Shown here in pieces: positions 1 through 12,435 of a DNA stretch of 64,000 nucleotides (within the stretch, counting starts at the first letter, position 1; the number at the start of each line of letters is the position of its first letter). The DNA is from Kondoa subrosea (lineage: Eukaryota). A program made the translations under genes and the position numbers. The stretch is taken from assembly GCA_039545335.1 (NCBI GenBank), contig BCIN01000011.1, positions 186,001 through 250,000 on the forward strand, in the 5' to 3' direction. The notes beneath the pieces were generated by a model that saw only the letters and a program-made list of their open reading frames with translations, was not told where the DNA came from and ran no database searches.

Positions 1-3000
1 ACCACAATATGATACTTTCGGAGAAAGTGTCATCATCACCAACCATTCCGAATTGCAATACTTCCTCTCCATGCTGAATCAGCAGCTACCAATCGAATCT
101 CAATTGGTCAAGAAACTGCCTGATAATATGAATGCCGAGATCGTTCTGGGCAACATTCGAAACCGGGATGAAGCAGGTGAGAAGATTTCTGCTTTGCTAA
201 ACATCGCTGAACCCAGAATGATTGTTACAGCTGCATGGCTTGGGTATTCATACTGGTTCCAACGTGCTCTCAACTCGCCTGTTCTCTACGGCATTTCTTC
301 AGACTACAAAGACGATGATGCCTCGCTTTTACAAAAGGTTGGAGCAAGCTATTGTCATTTAGCTTACGACTGATCATTGCCTTTAGCGTGCGGATATTGC
401 TCATACTGCCGCCGTTGTGCTCGAAAAGAGCGGTCTGGTCAAGTATGACAGAAAGACTGGTGTCTTGCAGAGTACTGAACTTGGTCGAATCTCTTCTTAC
501 TACTTTATCACATACCAATCGATGCAAGAATACAACAAGCATCTACGCCCCTCTATTGGTCTATTGGAGCTGTTCCGCATCTTCAGTTTGAGCGAAGAAT
601 TCAAATTCGTTCCAGTCCGACAAGAGGAAAAACAAGAGCTCGCCAAGCTACTTGGTAGGCAATCTCAGTCTATAGCAGGCCAGGCTGATAACCTTGCTAG
701 ATCGAGTTCCTATTCCGGTCAAGGAGAACATCGATGACCCTTCAGCCAAGATTAATGTGCTCCTTCAAGCCTACATCTCACAATTGAAGCTCGATGGCTT
801 TGCGCTGGTGGCAGACATGGTCTATGTGACTCAAAGTGCTGGTCGTATTTTGCGAGCCATCTTTGAAATCTGCCTCAAGCGAGGTTGGGCTGCACTCACC
901 CTGAAATGTCTGGATCTATGCAAGATGGTCGACAAACGCATGTGGTCTACTATGTCACCTCTCCGTCAGTTCAAAGGCATTCCAGTCGACATTGTCCGTC
1001 GCGCTGAACGCAAAGAATATCCTTGGTATCGCTATTTCTATCTTGAACCTCCTGAATTGGGCGAATTACTTGGTCTACCGAAAGCAGGCAAGCTCACTCA
1101 CAAACTTGTACATCAATTTCCTCTTCTCCTTCTTTCTGCTCACGTTCAGCCTATCACCCGCTCGATGCTTAAGATCGAGCTCACAATCACACCTGATTTC
1201 GAGTGGGACGAAAAGGTTCATGGCTCGACAGAACAGTTCTGGATCATCGTAGAAGATGTCGATGGCGAAATGGTCCTCTTCCACGAGCAATTCATGCTTC
1301 GTCAACGCTTCGCAACGGATGATCACTATGTCACCTTCACTGTACCTATTCTTGAGCCCACACCACCCAATTACTTCATTACCGTAGTCTCCGATAGATG
1401 GCTACACTCTATTACTCGTCTTCCTGTCTCTTTCAAAAATCTGATCCTTCCAGCTAAATTCCCTCCTCCAACCAATCTTCTCGATCTTCAGCCTTTGCCG
1501 GTATCAGCGCTACATAACAGATCGTATGAACAAATTTATGCTGATTCGGTCAACTCCTTCAACAAGATCCAAACCCAAGTCTTCCAGGCTCTATATACAA
1601 CCAATGACAATGTCCTCCTTTGCGCACCAACTGGAAGTGGGAAGACTATTGCGGCTGAATTTGCTCTTCTGCGCCTGTGGGCAAACAACGGTGGTCGTTG
1701 CGTATGCATTGAACCCTACCAAGAGCTTGTAGATGCACGAGTAGCAGAATGGTCAGCTAAATTTAAGACTCTGCAAGGCGGCAAAATTATCGAAGCTCTA
1801 ACTGGAGAAACAACAAATGACTTGCGCTTGCTCAACAAGTCGGACGTGATTGTTTGCACACCGACTCAATGGGATCTAATTTCCCGCAGATGGAAACAGC
1901 GCAAGGCTGTTCAAGAGCTCGGTCTGATCATTGCGGATGAAATTCATCTGGTTGGCAGCGGCATCGGTCCAACTTATGAAGTCGTGATGTCGCGAGCTAG
2001 ATTTGTTGCTGCTCAAACCGAGAACGCGACGAGGATAGTGGCATTCGGTGCTTCCTTGGCCAACGCCAAAGATCTCGGTGAATGGCTTGGTGTGTCTGCG
2101 CAGAACACCTTCAACTTTTCTCCAGGTGCAAGACCGCTACCAATGGAAGTTCACATTCAAAGCTTTAATGTTCCTCATTTCCCATCGTTGATGATCCAGA
2201 TGGCTAAACCAGCTTATCTTGCGATGACTGAATGGGCAGAAGATAGACCAGTCATCGTTTTCGTTCCAACGAGAAAGCAATGCCGTCTTTCTGCTGCAGA
2301 TCTTCTCACGTACTGTCTGGCGGATCAAGATTCAGATCGCTTCCTTAACATCGAGAAGTCTGATCTTGAACCTCATCTCGAGCGAATTACCGATGAAGAT
2401 TTGAAGGAAACGCTACGGAACGGTATCGGCTTCTATCACGAAGGTCTCTCGAAGCAAGACAAGCTCATTGTCGAACGCTTGTACACTTTGGGTGCCATTC
2501 AAGTTATCGTGGCCTCAAAAGAAACAGCATGGAGCATTCCACTCACCGCTTACATGGTCATCATTATGGGAGCGCAGACATACGAAGGCAAGGAACATCG
2601 ATATATCGATTACGCTTTCCCGGATCTTCTGCAGATGATGGGTCGCGCGTGTCGCCCGCGAGAAGATGCTAGCAGTCGATGTGTTCTCATGATTCCTCAA
2701 GTCCGCAAACCCTTCTTCCTTCGCTTCTTGAACGAAGGTCTTCCGATCGAATCACACATGCACCTTTCTCTTGCCGATCACTTGCTGTCAGAAATTGCTG
2801 CAAAGACGATTCAAAACAAGCAAGAAGCAGTAGATTGGTTCACTTGGCTATGGTGCTACAGACGGCTGACGCAGAATCCTAACTACTATGTAAGTTCTGG
2901 TATGCTATCATCGATTGCAAGCTAATCCGCTTGTCGCAGAACATGCAAGGAACAAGTCACAGGCATATGAGTGACTACTTGTCTGGCTTGATCGAAGATA

Positions 3001-4338
3001 CTCTCGCTACGTTGGAGCAGGCTAAATGTATATCAATCGAGGATGAGAGTGAGTGTTGCCGTCATTTCATGGACTTCTTGCCAATAGCGCTATTTAGTGG
3101 ACTTGAGTGCCCTCAACCTTGGTCTTATTGCTTCCTTCTACCAAGTCTCAAGTGTAAGTCACCTTATTGTCGGGTTTTCTCTAGCTTATCTCCCGTCTTA
3201 GATCACTCTGGATACCTTCAGCATGTCGCTGACCGAGAAGACGAAGCTCAAGGGTCTACTAGAAATCGTCTCTTCAGCCGTCGAATTCGAAGACATTCCG
3301 ATACGGCATCACGAAGACCTCATCTTGCGCAAGATCTACGACAGAGTACCTGTCAAGCTTTCCTCAGTAGACTTTGGCTCGCCCAATTTTAAGACAAATG
3401 TACTGCTACAAGCTCATTTTTCACGCATTCAACTTACCGCCGATCTGGCGTCCGATCAATTGCTGATTCTTGAGCGCGTTGTCAAGCTGCTCTCAGCCTG
3501 TGTAGACGTAATGTCGTCAGAAGGTTACATCAATGCGCTCAAGGCAATGGACATGACCCAAATGATTGTGCAAGCCGTCTGGGATTCAGACTCGCACCTC
3601 AAGCAAATACCACACTTCTCTTCCACGGTCACTCAGCGTTGCGTGGAAGCAGAAGTCACCAGCGTATACGATGTTACCGATCTGGACGATGAACCTAGAG
3701 ACAAGCTGTTGCAAATGGACGCCCGACAGATGCGAGATGTGGCACGCTTCTGCAACGCCTACCCTAGTGCGTTCCGATCTATCAGGTCGTGCAGTCTACT
3801 AATTTCTCAATGTTCCCTCAGGCATCGAGATCGAGCATGAAGTACAGGACGCCGATAGTCTCAATGCAAGCAACCCGATCAAACTCTCAGTATCATTGGC
3901 CCGAGATGAGGAGGGTGAGGAGGAAGATCATACAGTCGTTGCGCCCTTCTATCCTGGCAAGAAGACCGAGAATTGGTGGGTAGTCGTAGGCGAAGCTGAG
4001 CGAACGAAGACAGTACGTTGCGCCTTCAAGCTCGTAGACTTGTCTTATATCTGTGTGCAGCTGTTGAGTATCAAGAAAGTTCCTTTGCAACAAAAGGCAA
4101 ATGTGAATCTGGAATTCCAACTGCCAAAGGGAGCTCACAAGCTCACGTTATCTGGTAAGTCTACTTCAAATAGAATGCTGTCCAACCATGCTAATTTTTC
4201 TTTTCAGTCGTTTGCGATTCGTATATCGGCTGCGATCGAGAGTTCTCAATAGACGTGAATGTTGCAGAAGGGGACGACAGTGATGATGACGATGATGACG
4301 ATTCGGGCGATGATGTCGAAATGGGTACGGCTGCGTAA
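1..4338 (+). CDS. BRR2: U5 snRNP DExH-box RNA helicase Brr2/SNRNP200 (5' part lies outside the window; multi-exon)
   Basis: Sec63 domain ([16 protein letters not shown]), second helicase cassette with APTGSGKT and DEIH motifs, second Sec63 ([21 protein letters not shown]), acidic tail, TAA at 4336-4338. Confidence 0.97.
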
Positions 4339-4471
4339 AAAAGCTCTGTATAATTAAGGGCAATCTGTATTGTATATAACGATTTGCGATTAGCATCTGA
4401 TGTGCATAGTTCTTTCGCAACGCATTTCGCTTCGATGCTATGCAAGTTTCTTTTGCTCTGTGTCTGCATAT

Positions 4472-6515
4472 TTACAACTTTGCTCTGGAGAATTTGGCAT
4501 CTGGCGAAAAGGCAGAGATTCCCATTAATGAGTTTTTGTCTTTCTCTTGCGCTTCATCCATCAAAATAACCAGAACAGAGATATCGTCACGGTAGCGTCT
4601 TGAGAGCGGTGAAGGTATCGATAACAGACCTCTGAAATGTTCTGTATTGCTACCACCAAGGGCATTCCTATATCGCAATCAGCCACGATACTTATTGTGG
4701 GCGTAGAGCACAGACCTGATCAAATGAGTACTCAAATTGCCATCCACAAACAGGAATTGTCCCTTTCTTTTCCCTGCAGGAACGTGACCACTTGCTGCTA
4801 TATCTTTCTGATCTGGCGTTACTCGCTGCAGTAACTCTTTCTCATCTATGGGTGAACGCAAGCCGTCCAAATGTGCTCCAACCAGACCGACAATAGTATC
4901 GTTCTCGAGCTCGTCGAACAGTCCATCGGTTGCCATGATAAGGAATCTCTTTGGCTTTTTCACTTGAGTAGGTGCTTCGATCGGATCGAGTGTGCGAGTT
5001 GTGACTACAGGTTCGGATGTTACGTATGGAGGAGTAGTGCTGTAATGACAATGTCAGTTACACACTGGAATGTCAAAACAATGTTGCCTACTAGTGCCTA
5101 GGGTCACCTCTTCTCGGTAGATTGAAGTACTGGCAAACCTTGTTGTACATCCCGACAGGCCATTTGTAGCGATTGTCGCTGTATATGGATCAGCTTTCGT
5201 TGCCATTTCGTTTTGAGTAAGCTTACCCAAATGCTCTTGTCGGCTCAAGATGACCTGAACAGGAAGTTCAGAATCATGAGCACAACAAATAGAGGTATGA
5301 CATACCGAGTACTCGACCTTGCATGACGACTGTATCCTTTTCCGCTGACGGATGTTCTGCTTGCATCCGAGCTACTTCTTTCAAGTTTCTACCCGTTTGA
5401 TCATCCGTCAAGACATCGACTTTCCATTTCCCGCTCGCTTGATCCCAAATACCCATTACAGCTCTACTGTCTCCGGTTACTGCTACACTTAAACGATTCC
5501 TTGCTGTATCGATAAGAGAAAGCAAAGCACATGAACCGCTCAAGGCTGGTAAGACACTTTGTAGATCTGCAGCAGAAGGAATGGTAGAATTAGAATCTTT
5601 GTTTGCTGAAGATGATTGCTGCATAAGATTGAGTGGTTTGTCGGAAATGTCCTTGTCCAATTTGACGAAAGCGTTCTTCAATGCTGCTGCGATGATATTT
5701 GGATCTTCATCCAAGTTAGAGAAATGCACATCTCCTTCTGAACCCCTTTTTAAGCCATTGCCTTTGAGAAGTTGCTGAAGTAAGGAAAGTTTGGATTTTG
5801 CATTTGCGCCTGAAGTGATTTGCTCAATGGCTGAAACTCTCAGTGCTTCATATTCTGGTGTCGCAGAGAAAACACCTTGCAGTTCTCGAGAAACGTAAGG
5901 TATGAGGAATTCGGAGAGGTGTTTCGATGTTTGCCAACCGGAATGACCATCGAAGACGCCAAACATGAGCAGATCGCCTGAGATATCTGAAGAGGAGTCT
6001 CTTGTAATTACAGATACTGCATGATCGTCTTCTATAGGAGAATTGGAAGCGAGGAAGGATGTATCCCATCGCGTAACGATGTTGTTGCCTGGTCGTGAGA
6101 TAGTCCATGCGGCTTGATGTTCATGAAGCTTGGCTTCTGCTTGAGCCATAGACAACATAGTGAGCGTTTTGGTAGATTGGCCGAAGCTGTTCGACCCAGG
6201 AATTTGAAGAGTGAAAGTTTCGCCTTTGCTGGAAGAAGAAGATGTACTAGCCGAAGCTGCTTGATTCGGTGCACTTGCAGTATCTTGTATGCTTGATTGT
6301 TGCCAAATGAGCAATCCAGCTATTCCGGCGACGCCTGCACCGAGCAATGAATAGTCAAGGATTCGTCTTCTCTCTGGAGAAGGCGGCGGACGCTTTGCTT
6401 TGGGCTTAGGCGTAGCAGATGCAGGAGGAATCCCGTTTGAAGCAGGTGCAGCCAAAGTTGCTGATGTCGTCAAACAGCGCGAAACTGCTTTGCTAGCATT
6501 CGCTGGAAGCCTCAT
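4472..6515 (-). CDS. PTC5: PP2C-family pyruvate dehydrogenase phosphatase-like protein (Ptc5), multi-exon
   Basis: Mitochondrial presequence-like N-terminus plus one TM helix; motifs ASNSPIEDD, GVFDGHSG, SGSCALL, VTGDSRAV, LIMATDGLFD, RDDISVLV; C-terminus -RAKL. Confidence 0.92.
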
Positions 6516-6941
6516 TGGTATACTATGAGTGCATGCACTGCTCTGCTATGGTATCGAGAGCTCTGGTATCGGTGCTTCGGCTGTCTATTTTCAAGAGGTT
6601 TCTGGCGCTTGCTACTTGCTCTGACACTGTCAAGTTTGGCTCCCCTATTACATGAGCTGACTCTGAATCGTTCTGCTATACCATAGTAGGCATCTTTGAA
6701 CTATCTGCTTTGGGCCTCGTTCCGTTCAGCGTCGATTACATGTTCTGGTATGACTGTGTCTTTTCCCTCAGGCCAGACTCGCTGTCTCGGATCATCTTGC
6801 GGTCTTCATATTTGAGTAGAATACTCGAATGATGAAGCGCTTCAATATCTACCTATTCAACATTGAGATTTTGTCCATCTCATGTCCAAGTTGATTTGCT
6901 GCTTCTATTCCTTTGCTTCTTCCGCTTGCAACTTCAATACT

Positions 6942-9225
6942 ATGATCAAGCTCCAATTGTTGTTGCTCCTTTCGACTTGGTTTCTTGTTCAATCGCAAGC
7001 TGCTGTTCTGCCTCCTCGATCGCCTCATCACACGCACAATTTGCATTCTCATTCTCATTCGCACATCCATAACCACAAGCCTCGTCGAGCAGCAACAGAA
7101 CAAGCTCCTATCTACCTTCAACGGCGATCAGATGGCTTGCTCTTGTCCAGCTCTCTCAAACAAGCTTCTTATTTCCCAATTCGAAGAGGTACAATCGTTG
7201 TAGCTGGCATTCCTTTCCTAGTCCATCCAGTCCACAAACCCTTCGAACTCCGGTCAAACAAATATGACGATGAGGAAGACGAAGATGATTCGGACAGTGG
7301 GAGTTCATACTCGAATTCGGATTCCGATCCACCAAGTGTCAAGCGATTAAAAGCACAACAATACAATGATGATTCAAGTGATGATAGCGAAATCTGGCAA
7401 AATAAAGGCTCAAAATCAGTTAGTGGTGGAGATTCAGATTTGGGCTCGGGTTCGGGGAAAGGATCCAATTCCAGTGAAGACGAGCACGAGGTTTGGAAAG
7501 ACAAGGGATCGAAAGAAAATAGCGATTCAGGTTTAGGAAAGAGCGATTCAGGATCAGGGAACAGTAAATCTGCAAATTCAAGCGATGCTAGCTCCGAGAA
7601 ATCGGGTAGTAGCCAGTCCAACTCAAGCTCTTTCAACAATGATGATGCGGATGATGATGAAGACTCAGAAGGTAAGTGTTAGGCCGCGAAAGATAATTCA
7701 AGATCTTGCTTATGCTGGCTGCGTTCCAGATGACTCAGGCTCGCTGCTCGATTCGCTTTTCGCGTCCTTGATCTCTAGAGATACCGATCATTCTAAACAT
7801 CACTACACTGCTTCTTCATCATCATCCAAGGACGGCTCAGACGCTTCCGATTGGACCTCAAAGTCATCGAGCAAAAGTTCTAGCGGAAAAGACTCCTCAA
7901 CAAGCGATAACAGCGATGTTTCCTCTTCTGATAGCGGACCTTTCAAGTCATCAGACAACTCGAAATTTAGCTCCTCTTCCAAAAACAAAGATTCTTCGTC
8001 AGATGATGACGACGATAATAGCGCGATGAGTTTCCGCAGAGACAATGCTCTACCCGCCGCCGATTGTCAAGCTCTTCGTCAAATGTACAATGATATGAAT
8101 GGTACCCAATGGTCGAATCAGCTCGGCTGGACAGCACCAGATCAGAACTGTTGTCACTGGGCAGGCGTCACCTGCGACAAGAATTCCAGAGTGATAGATT
8201 TGGAGTTGGGAGAATACAGTCTTTGGGGGTCTTTGTCCAGTGCGGTATTCCAACTGGATCAGCTACAGAGTCTGTGAGTATCTTCTACAAGTACTGCTGT
8301 CAAGCTAATACATTTGCGCAGCAATCTCTCATTCAACCATATCACTGGCTATTTACCGGATAGCTTTGCTATGTTACCACTCTTGGAGGTGTTGTAGGTG
8401 AAGACCTTTCTAAGTACTCACTGTCAGCTGACGCTATATTCAGGGCTCTCGACAATAACACCTTTAATGGCACTCTACCTGCTTCTCTGCATGCGTCAAC
8501 AAGTCTCATTAGCTTCCATGCAAGCGCCAATGATCTCACTGGCTCGATCTATTTCCTCAACGCGTCAAAATTGGAGCAGCTTTATGTTGCGGGAAACAGC
8601 TTCACCTATCTGAATCTGGCTCCGAATTACGAGTTGACGAAAGTCGTTATCGATGACAACAAATTCGCTGGACCGATAAGCAACATCAGCGCCGCGGCCT
8701 TACAAGTCTTCACTGCTTCAAATAACATGTTCACTGGTGCCATGTTTGACCTCACGCCCATGTCTCAACTGGGCACTCTGTTAGTGTAGTTGCAACCTCG
8801 TTCGATCCAGAGCTGAAACGATAAAAACACAGAGACATTTCGAACAATCAGCTTCTGGGTCCTTATCCGGCTATTTCAGCCAACGCGAATCTGCAATATT
8901 TGTATGTCTTGTCCCGTCCTTTTTAGACACATAAACTTAACATGCTGTTCACAGTGCTATTAGCGGTAACCAATGGCAAGGCGCCTTCCCTTCGACTACT
9001 GCTCCTAAAAATTTGTACCAATGCGCTATTGATCCTGTACCGAAATCAGCTTGTCCTGCTTCAGTTGTAATTCAAGATCCAACTTCGCTCGCTTACCATT
9101 GCAAGCTTGAGTGTCGGGGTGGCAGGGAAGACATTAATGCGGGCGGAACTGGCTCTTTGTCTGTTCCTCCTGCATCATCTTCTTCGGCAGTGACTGCGCA
9201 AGGATCCAATTCGGCTGGCTATTGA
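6942..9225 (+). CDS. Secreted protein: signal peptide, His-rich tract, long Ser/Asp/Lys-rich region, LRRNT cap and plant-type leucine-rich repeats
   Basis: Signal MIKLQLLLLLSTWFLVQSQA. Intron 7672-7729 joins ORF 6882 in frame to ORF 7585. Cap DCQAL..Y....G..W....GW....CCHWAGVTC, then LRRs such as LNLSFNHITGYLP and LALDNNTFNGTLP split by introns. Confidence 0.8.
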
Positions 9226-9404
9226 TTTGTATATTCATTCACTGGGTTATCACAAGGGAGGAGTCTTCGATCTGTGATAGATGCTGATTTTAGAAACATA
9301 TTTAATTCACAATGCTATGCTACATGGATGACAAATATGCTCTTAATACTCAATAACAGGGGAATGATCAAGATTGTCCATTTACAAACTCTTGTCTCGA
9401 ACGT

Positions 9405-11153
9405 CTATGCAGTCGGCGTTGCTGCAGCTGTCGCGGAAGCCGAACTTATCGCTGTAGGAGTGACAGAAGCGCTTTCATCTGTTCGAAGTCGATAACCCAT
9501 CGATCTCAAGATTTCTCTCGTTGCTGATCCTACAGAACGAGCTAGATCGATATTGCCCAAGAACTCTGTCGTGTTGAGCTGTGAGAGCTTGAGATCGGCG
9601 TTTGCTGGATCAAAAGCTGCTATTCTGAATGCTAAACTTCCGCGTTCCGCTCTTGGACACATGAGGAAATTTAGCGTGTCGGCATATGTTTCTTGGTCAC
9701 TGCAAACATAGTCAACATCGGTGGCAGACCATCATAGCAAGTACATACAGATGAGAACCGGATGATCCAGGAGACCAGATGCCTTGATAAAGTGTCTGAA
9801 GTCTTAGCAAAGTCCCCGCGGTCGTCTGGAAAAGAAGAGCAGATTGATCGACTACAGCTGCAGCTAATGATGCTGAAGTATCTTGAGCAAATTCAGATTG
9901 AGGTGTATCATTGTAAGAGTTGGAAAAGTAAGAACCATTGTTTGGCAAGAGGGAGTCTTGTACTTGCTGTGCGACGGCAGTCAATGATGTTAGGCTAGAA
10001 GTGTTGAGGTAGAGGAATCGATCGAATGCCTGTATTGGAATTTAGCTCGCACCCAGGCAGAGTAACATAAGGACCAACATATTCATAGAATCCCGCAAAT
10101 TCTGACGTGCCATTAACGTACTGGTAGCCGGTCAGTTCCAGACCAAAAGCAGCATCACTGTTTCCGTCTTCAGGTTGATAGTACCACTATGCAGAAAATC
10201 AGCCTTCGCATATCTAATCATGATAGACGTACTGCTGATGCGAATCCTAATCCATGAATCATCTCATGAATCACAGTGCCCAAGAAATCGCTTGAGCTAT
10301 AACCACTTGGATCGGCATCTCCCCTGAACCACGAATTACGAACTTCCGGTCGCTAAGGATATACGTGAGCGCTGTTCCTCAATGCAGGAAGCTACTAACC
10401 GAATTGAAACGTGCTCGAAGATCATAGGGTGCGTAAACGGGCTCGACAGATAAGTCAAGTTGTTTCGCTAATGCTTGAGGGTAGAAGCGAGTTTTGCCAT
10501 CGTCGTCGAGCAAAGGTATGAAGCGTGAAGCTGATGCAGACCCTGTTGGATTCGAAATTAGAGCACAGAACAAATCGAGCGATAGAGCTTACCTAGATAA
10601 GTTTCACCTTCTCCACGCGCACATGCGCCTCCAGGTAAATTACAAAACGGTGAAACGGTAGCATTGCTGCAGCAGTAAAGAAGCATAGATATGAGCGAGC
10701 ATTACGACTACTGAAGAGGTTCTGAGCGTACACTACTATTGTGGTCGTGAGCTGAAAGACGTCTGAGAGTATTTGACCTGCGTCGTTGAAAGCTTGCTGG
10801 ACTTTCTCGCAGTAATCTGAACGCTGATTTGATGGTGCTTCACATTCCAATTTGATTTGAAAGGCGTTCGTAGAAGAGGGCGAAGCGCCATTTGGCAATG
10901 CAGACGAAAGAGGTGTAGCAGAAGAGATAGGTGGTGCAATAGCTGTCGGCGTAATCAGATAATTGACACCAAAGTTGACAGGCAAAGCATCATCAGGCAT
11001 GCAAGCTACAGGTACGCGCTCATTCGGTAGCAACGGATTTGGCACATCGAAACAAGCGAGACTGCCTTTCTGCGAAGGTTCTTGTCTAGGTTGAAGTGGT
11101 ACAGCGCAAGTCGCTGATAGTAGCGCTAGACAGAGTAGCAAGGGAGAGATCAT
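9405..11153 (-). CDS. Secreted zincin/metzincin-like metallopeptidase (leishmanolysin-like motif layout), multi-exon
   Basis: Signal MISPLLLCLALLSATCA. Reverse strand at ~10243-10278 reads TVIHEMIHGLGF. Distal SPGSSGSHL and FLM (possible Met-turn). Confidence 0.7.
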
Positions 11154-11910
11154 GACAGCACAAGAGGAAAAGAAGGCCACAGCAGAAATTGGGTGAGATC
11201 AATGCCAAGCCAACGTCCTGCAGCAGCCACTCGACTTCAATTCCCATCAGTCTCTGCGCCTGGCGAATGTCTGGTGGATGCGCAGCGATATGTCTGATTT
11301 CACAGTCTTGCGAAAGCAATCCAGAATTATTACCTAATCCAGTCATGCAAGCAAATTTGCTCAGAGAGTCAACATTCGCTATGCCGTTCGTTCGCAGTAG
11401 CAAAGATAGTTTTTCTTTGTTTCGTGCGAACCGACCGTCGCTTCTGCTTGCCTTCTTTGATTCGTCTTCATTTGCAACGACTTTGCGTGCGAGTTGCACA
11501 AAGACAACACGATGTACCATTTGCTTCGACTTCGTCGTCAGCTCGACTCTGTGCGGTCGTATGCTGACCCAACGATTTGATATTCGATGGTCTCGTCTAA
11601 AGCCTTTGGGCCACTTCCGGAGTTTACCTTCAACTCGCTTCATTTCATTCAATTGGGCAGGGCTTCCCTCCTGGATGAGAGCCACGTTGCTCCTCTTGAT
11701 AGTGGCTATGTCTACTTGCAGCTATAGACAATCCAAGCTCAGCTCAAGTCACCCATGAGCCTCAAAATTTCCCAGCCAATGACAGCTTAGTCGATTCTAC
11801 GGGTCTAAATTACGGCATGCTGCGTCTTGTCTTGTATTGGCAATATGGTAGTCGAGAAAATCGGTCCACTCAGATTGTCTGGAAGAACTTGAAGGAGGTT
11901 GGATGTGCTA
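11086..11910 (-). CDS. Hypothetical basic protein (orphan; boundaries uncertain)
   Basis: 199-codon K/R-rich ORF 11086-11685 preceded by plausible acceptor/donor sites. No family recognised. Confidence 0.3.
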
Positions 11911-12279
11911 AGACGCATTAGATGGACACGAGAGATAGGTAAGTCATGTTTACAGCAATCAGATCGAGCACGTTGACTCTACACATGTAGGGATGCGAAG
12001 AATATGTCTTCGATGCTGAACTTTGATGACTGTATCTACAGTATGTCTCAGACTGTTTGAATGCGTTACAGGCTGATCCCACTTCAGATCCGCCTGATAA
12101 TTATACAGGACAACACGGCTGGACATCTATCGCCTGAAGAGGTTGGTTCAGGCTAATACTCTCGCAGAGGCAGAACGATGCCCAGAGATCTAGAGAAGGA
12201 CAGTGACAGGGATTCAGGAGACGTCACGGGACTTTGTCTTGGAAATAATGTCAGCAAATTTGTAGACTTTACAATTCTT

Positions 12280-12296
12280 GCTTGGCAAAGCCAAGC
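12280..12296. promoter_or_regulatory. Inverted pair of PacC/Rim101 consensus sites (GCTTGGC-AAA-GCCAAGC) upstream of pacC
   Basis: CTTGGC at 12281-12286 and GCCAAG at 12290-12295 match 5'-GCCARG-3'. A further GCCAAG lies at 12420-12425. Confidence 0.65.
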
Positions 12297-12435
12297 TCAA
12301 ATCCAAACCCTTTTTCGTCTGCCGCCGTCACCTTCTACCTCTTTCTTGCTCTCTAGGACCCATCAGAACAGTACGTAATACACGGCTGTACTGGTATAGC
12401 AAAGATCGGCAATTTCAAAGCCAAGAAAGCTCGAA

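Noticed and set aside
7169..8045. Antisense ORFs over the Ser/Asp-rich region
   Set aside because: Shadow ORFs produced by low-complexity codon usage on the sense strand.
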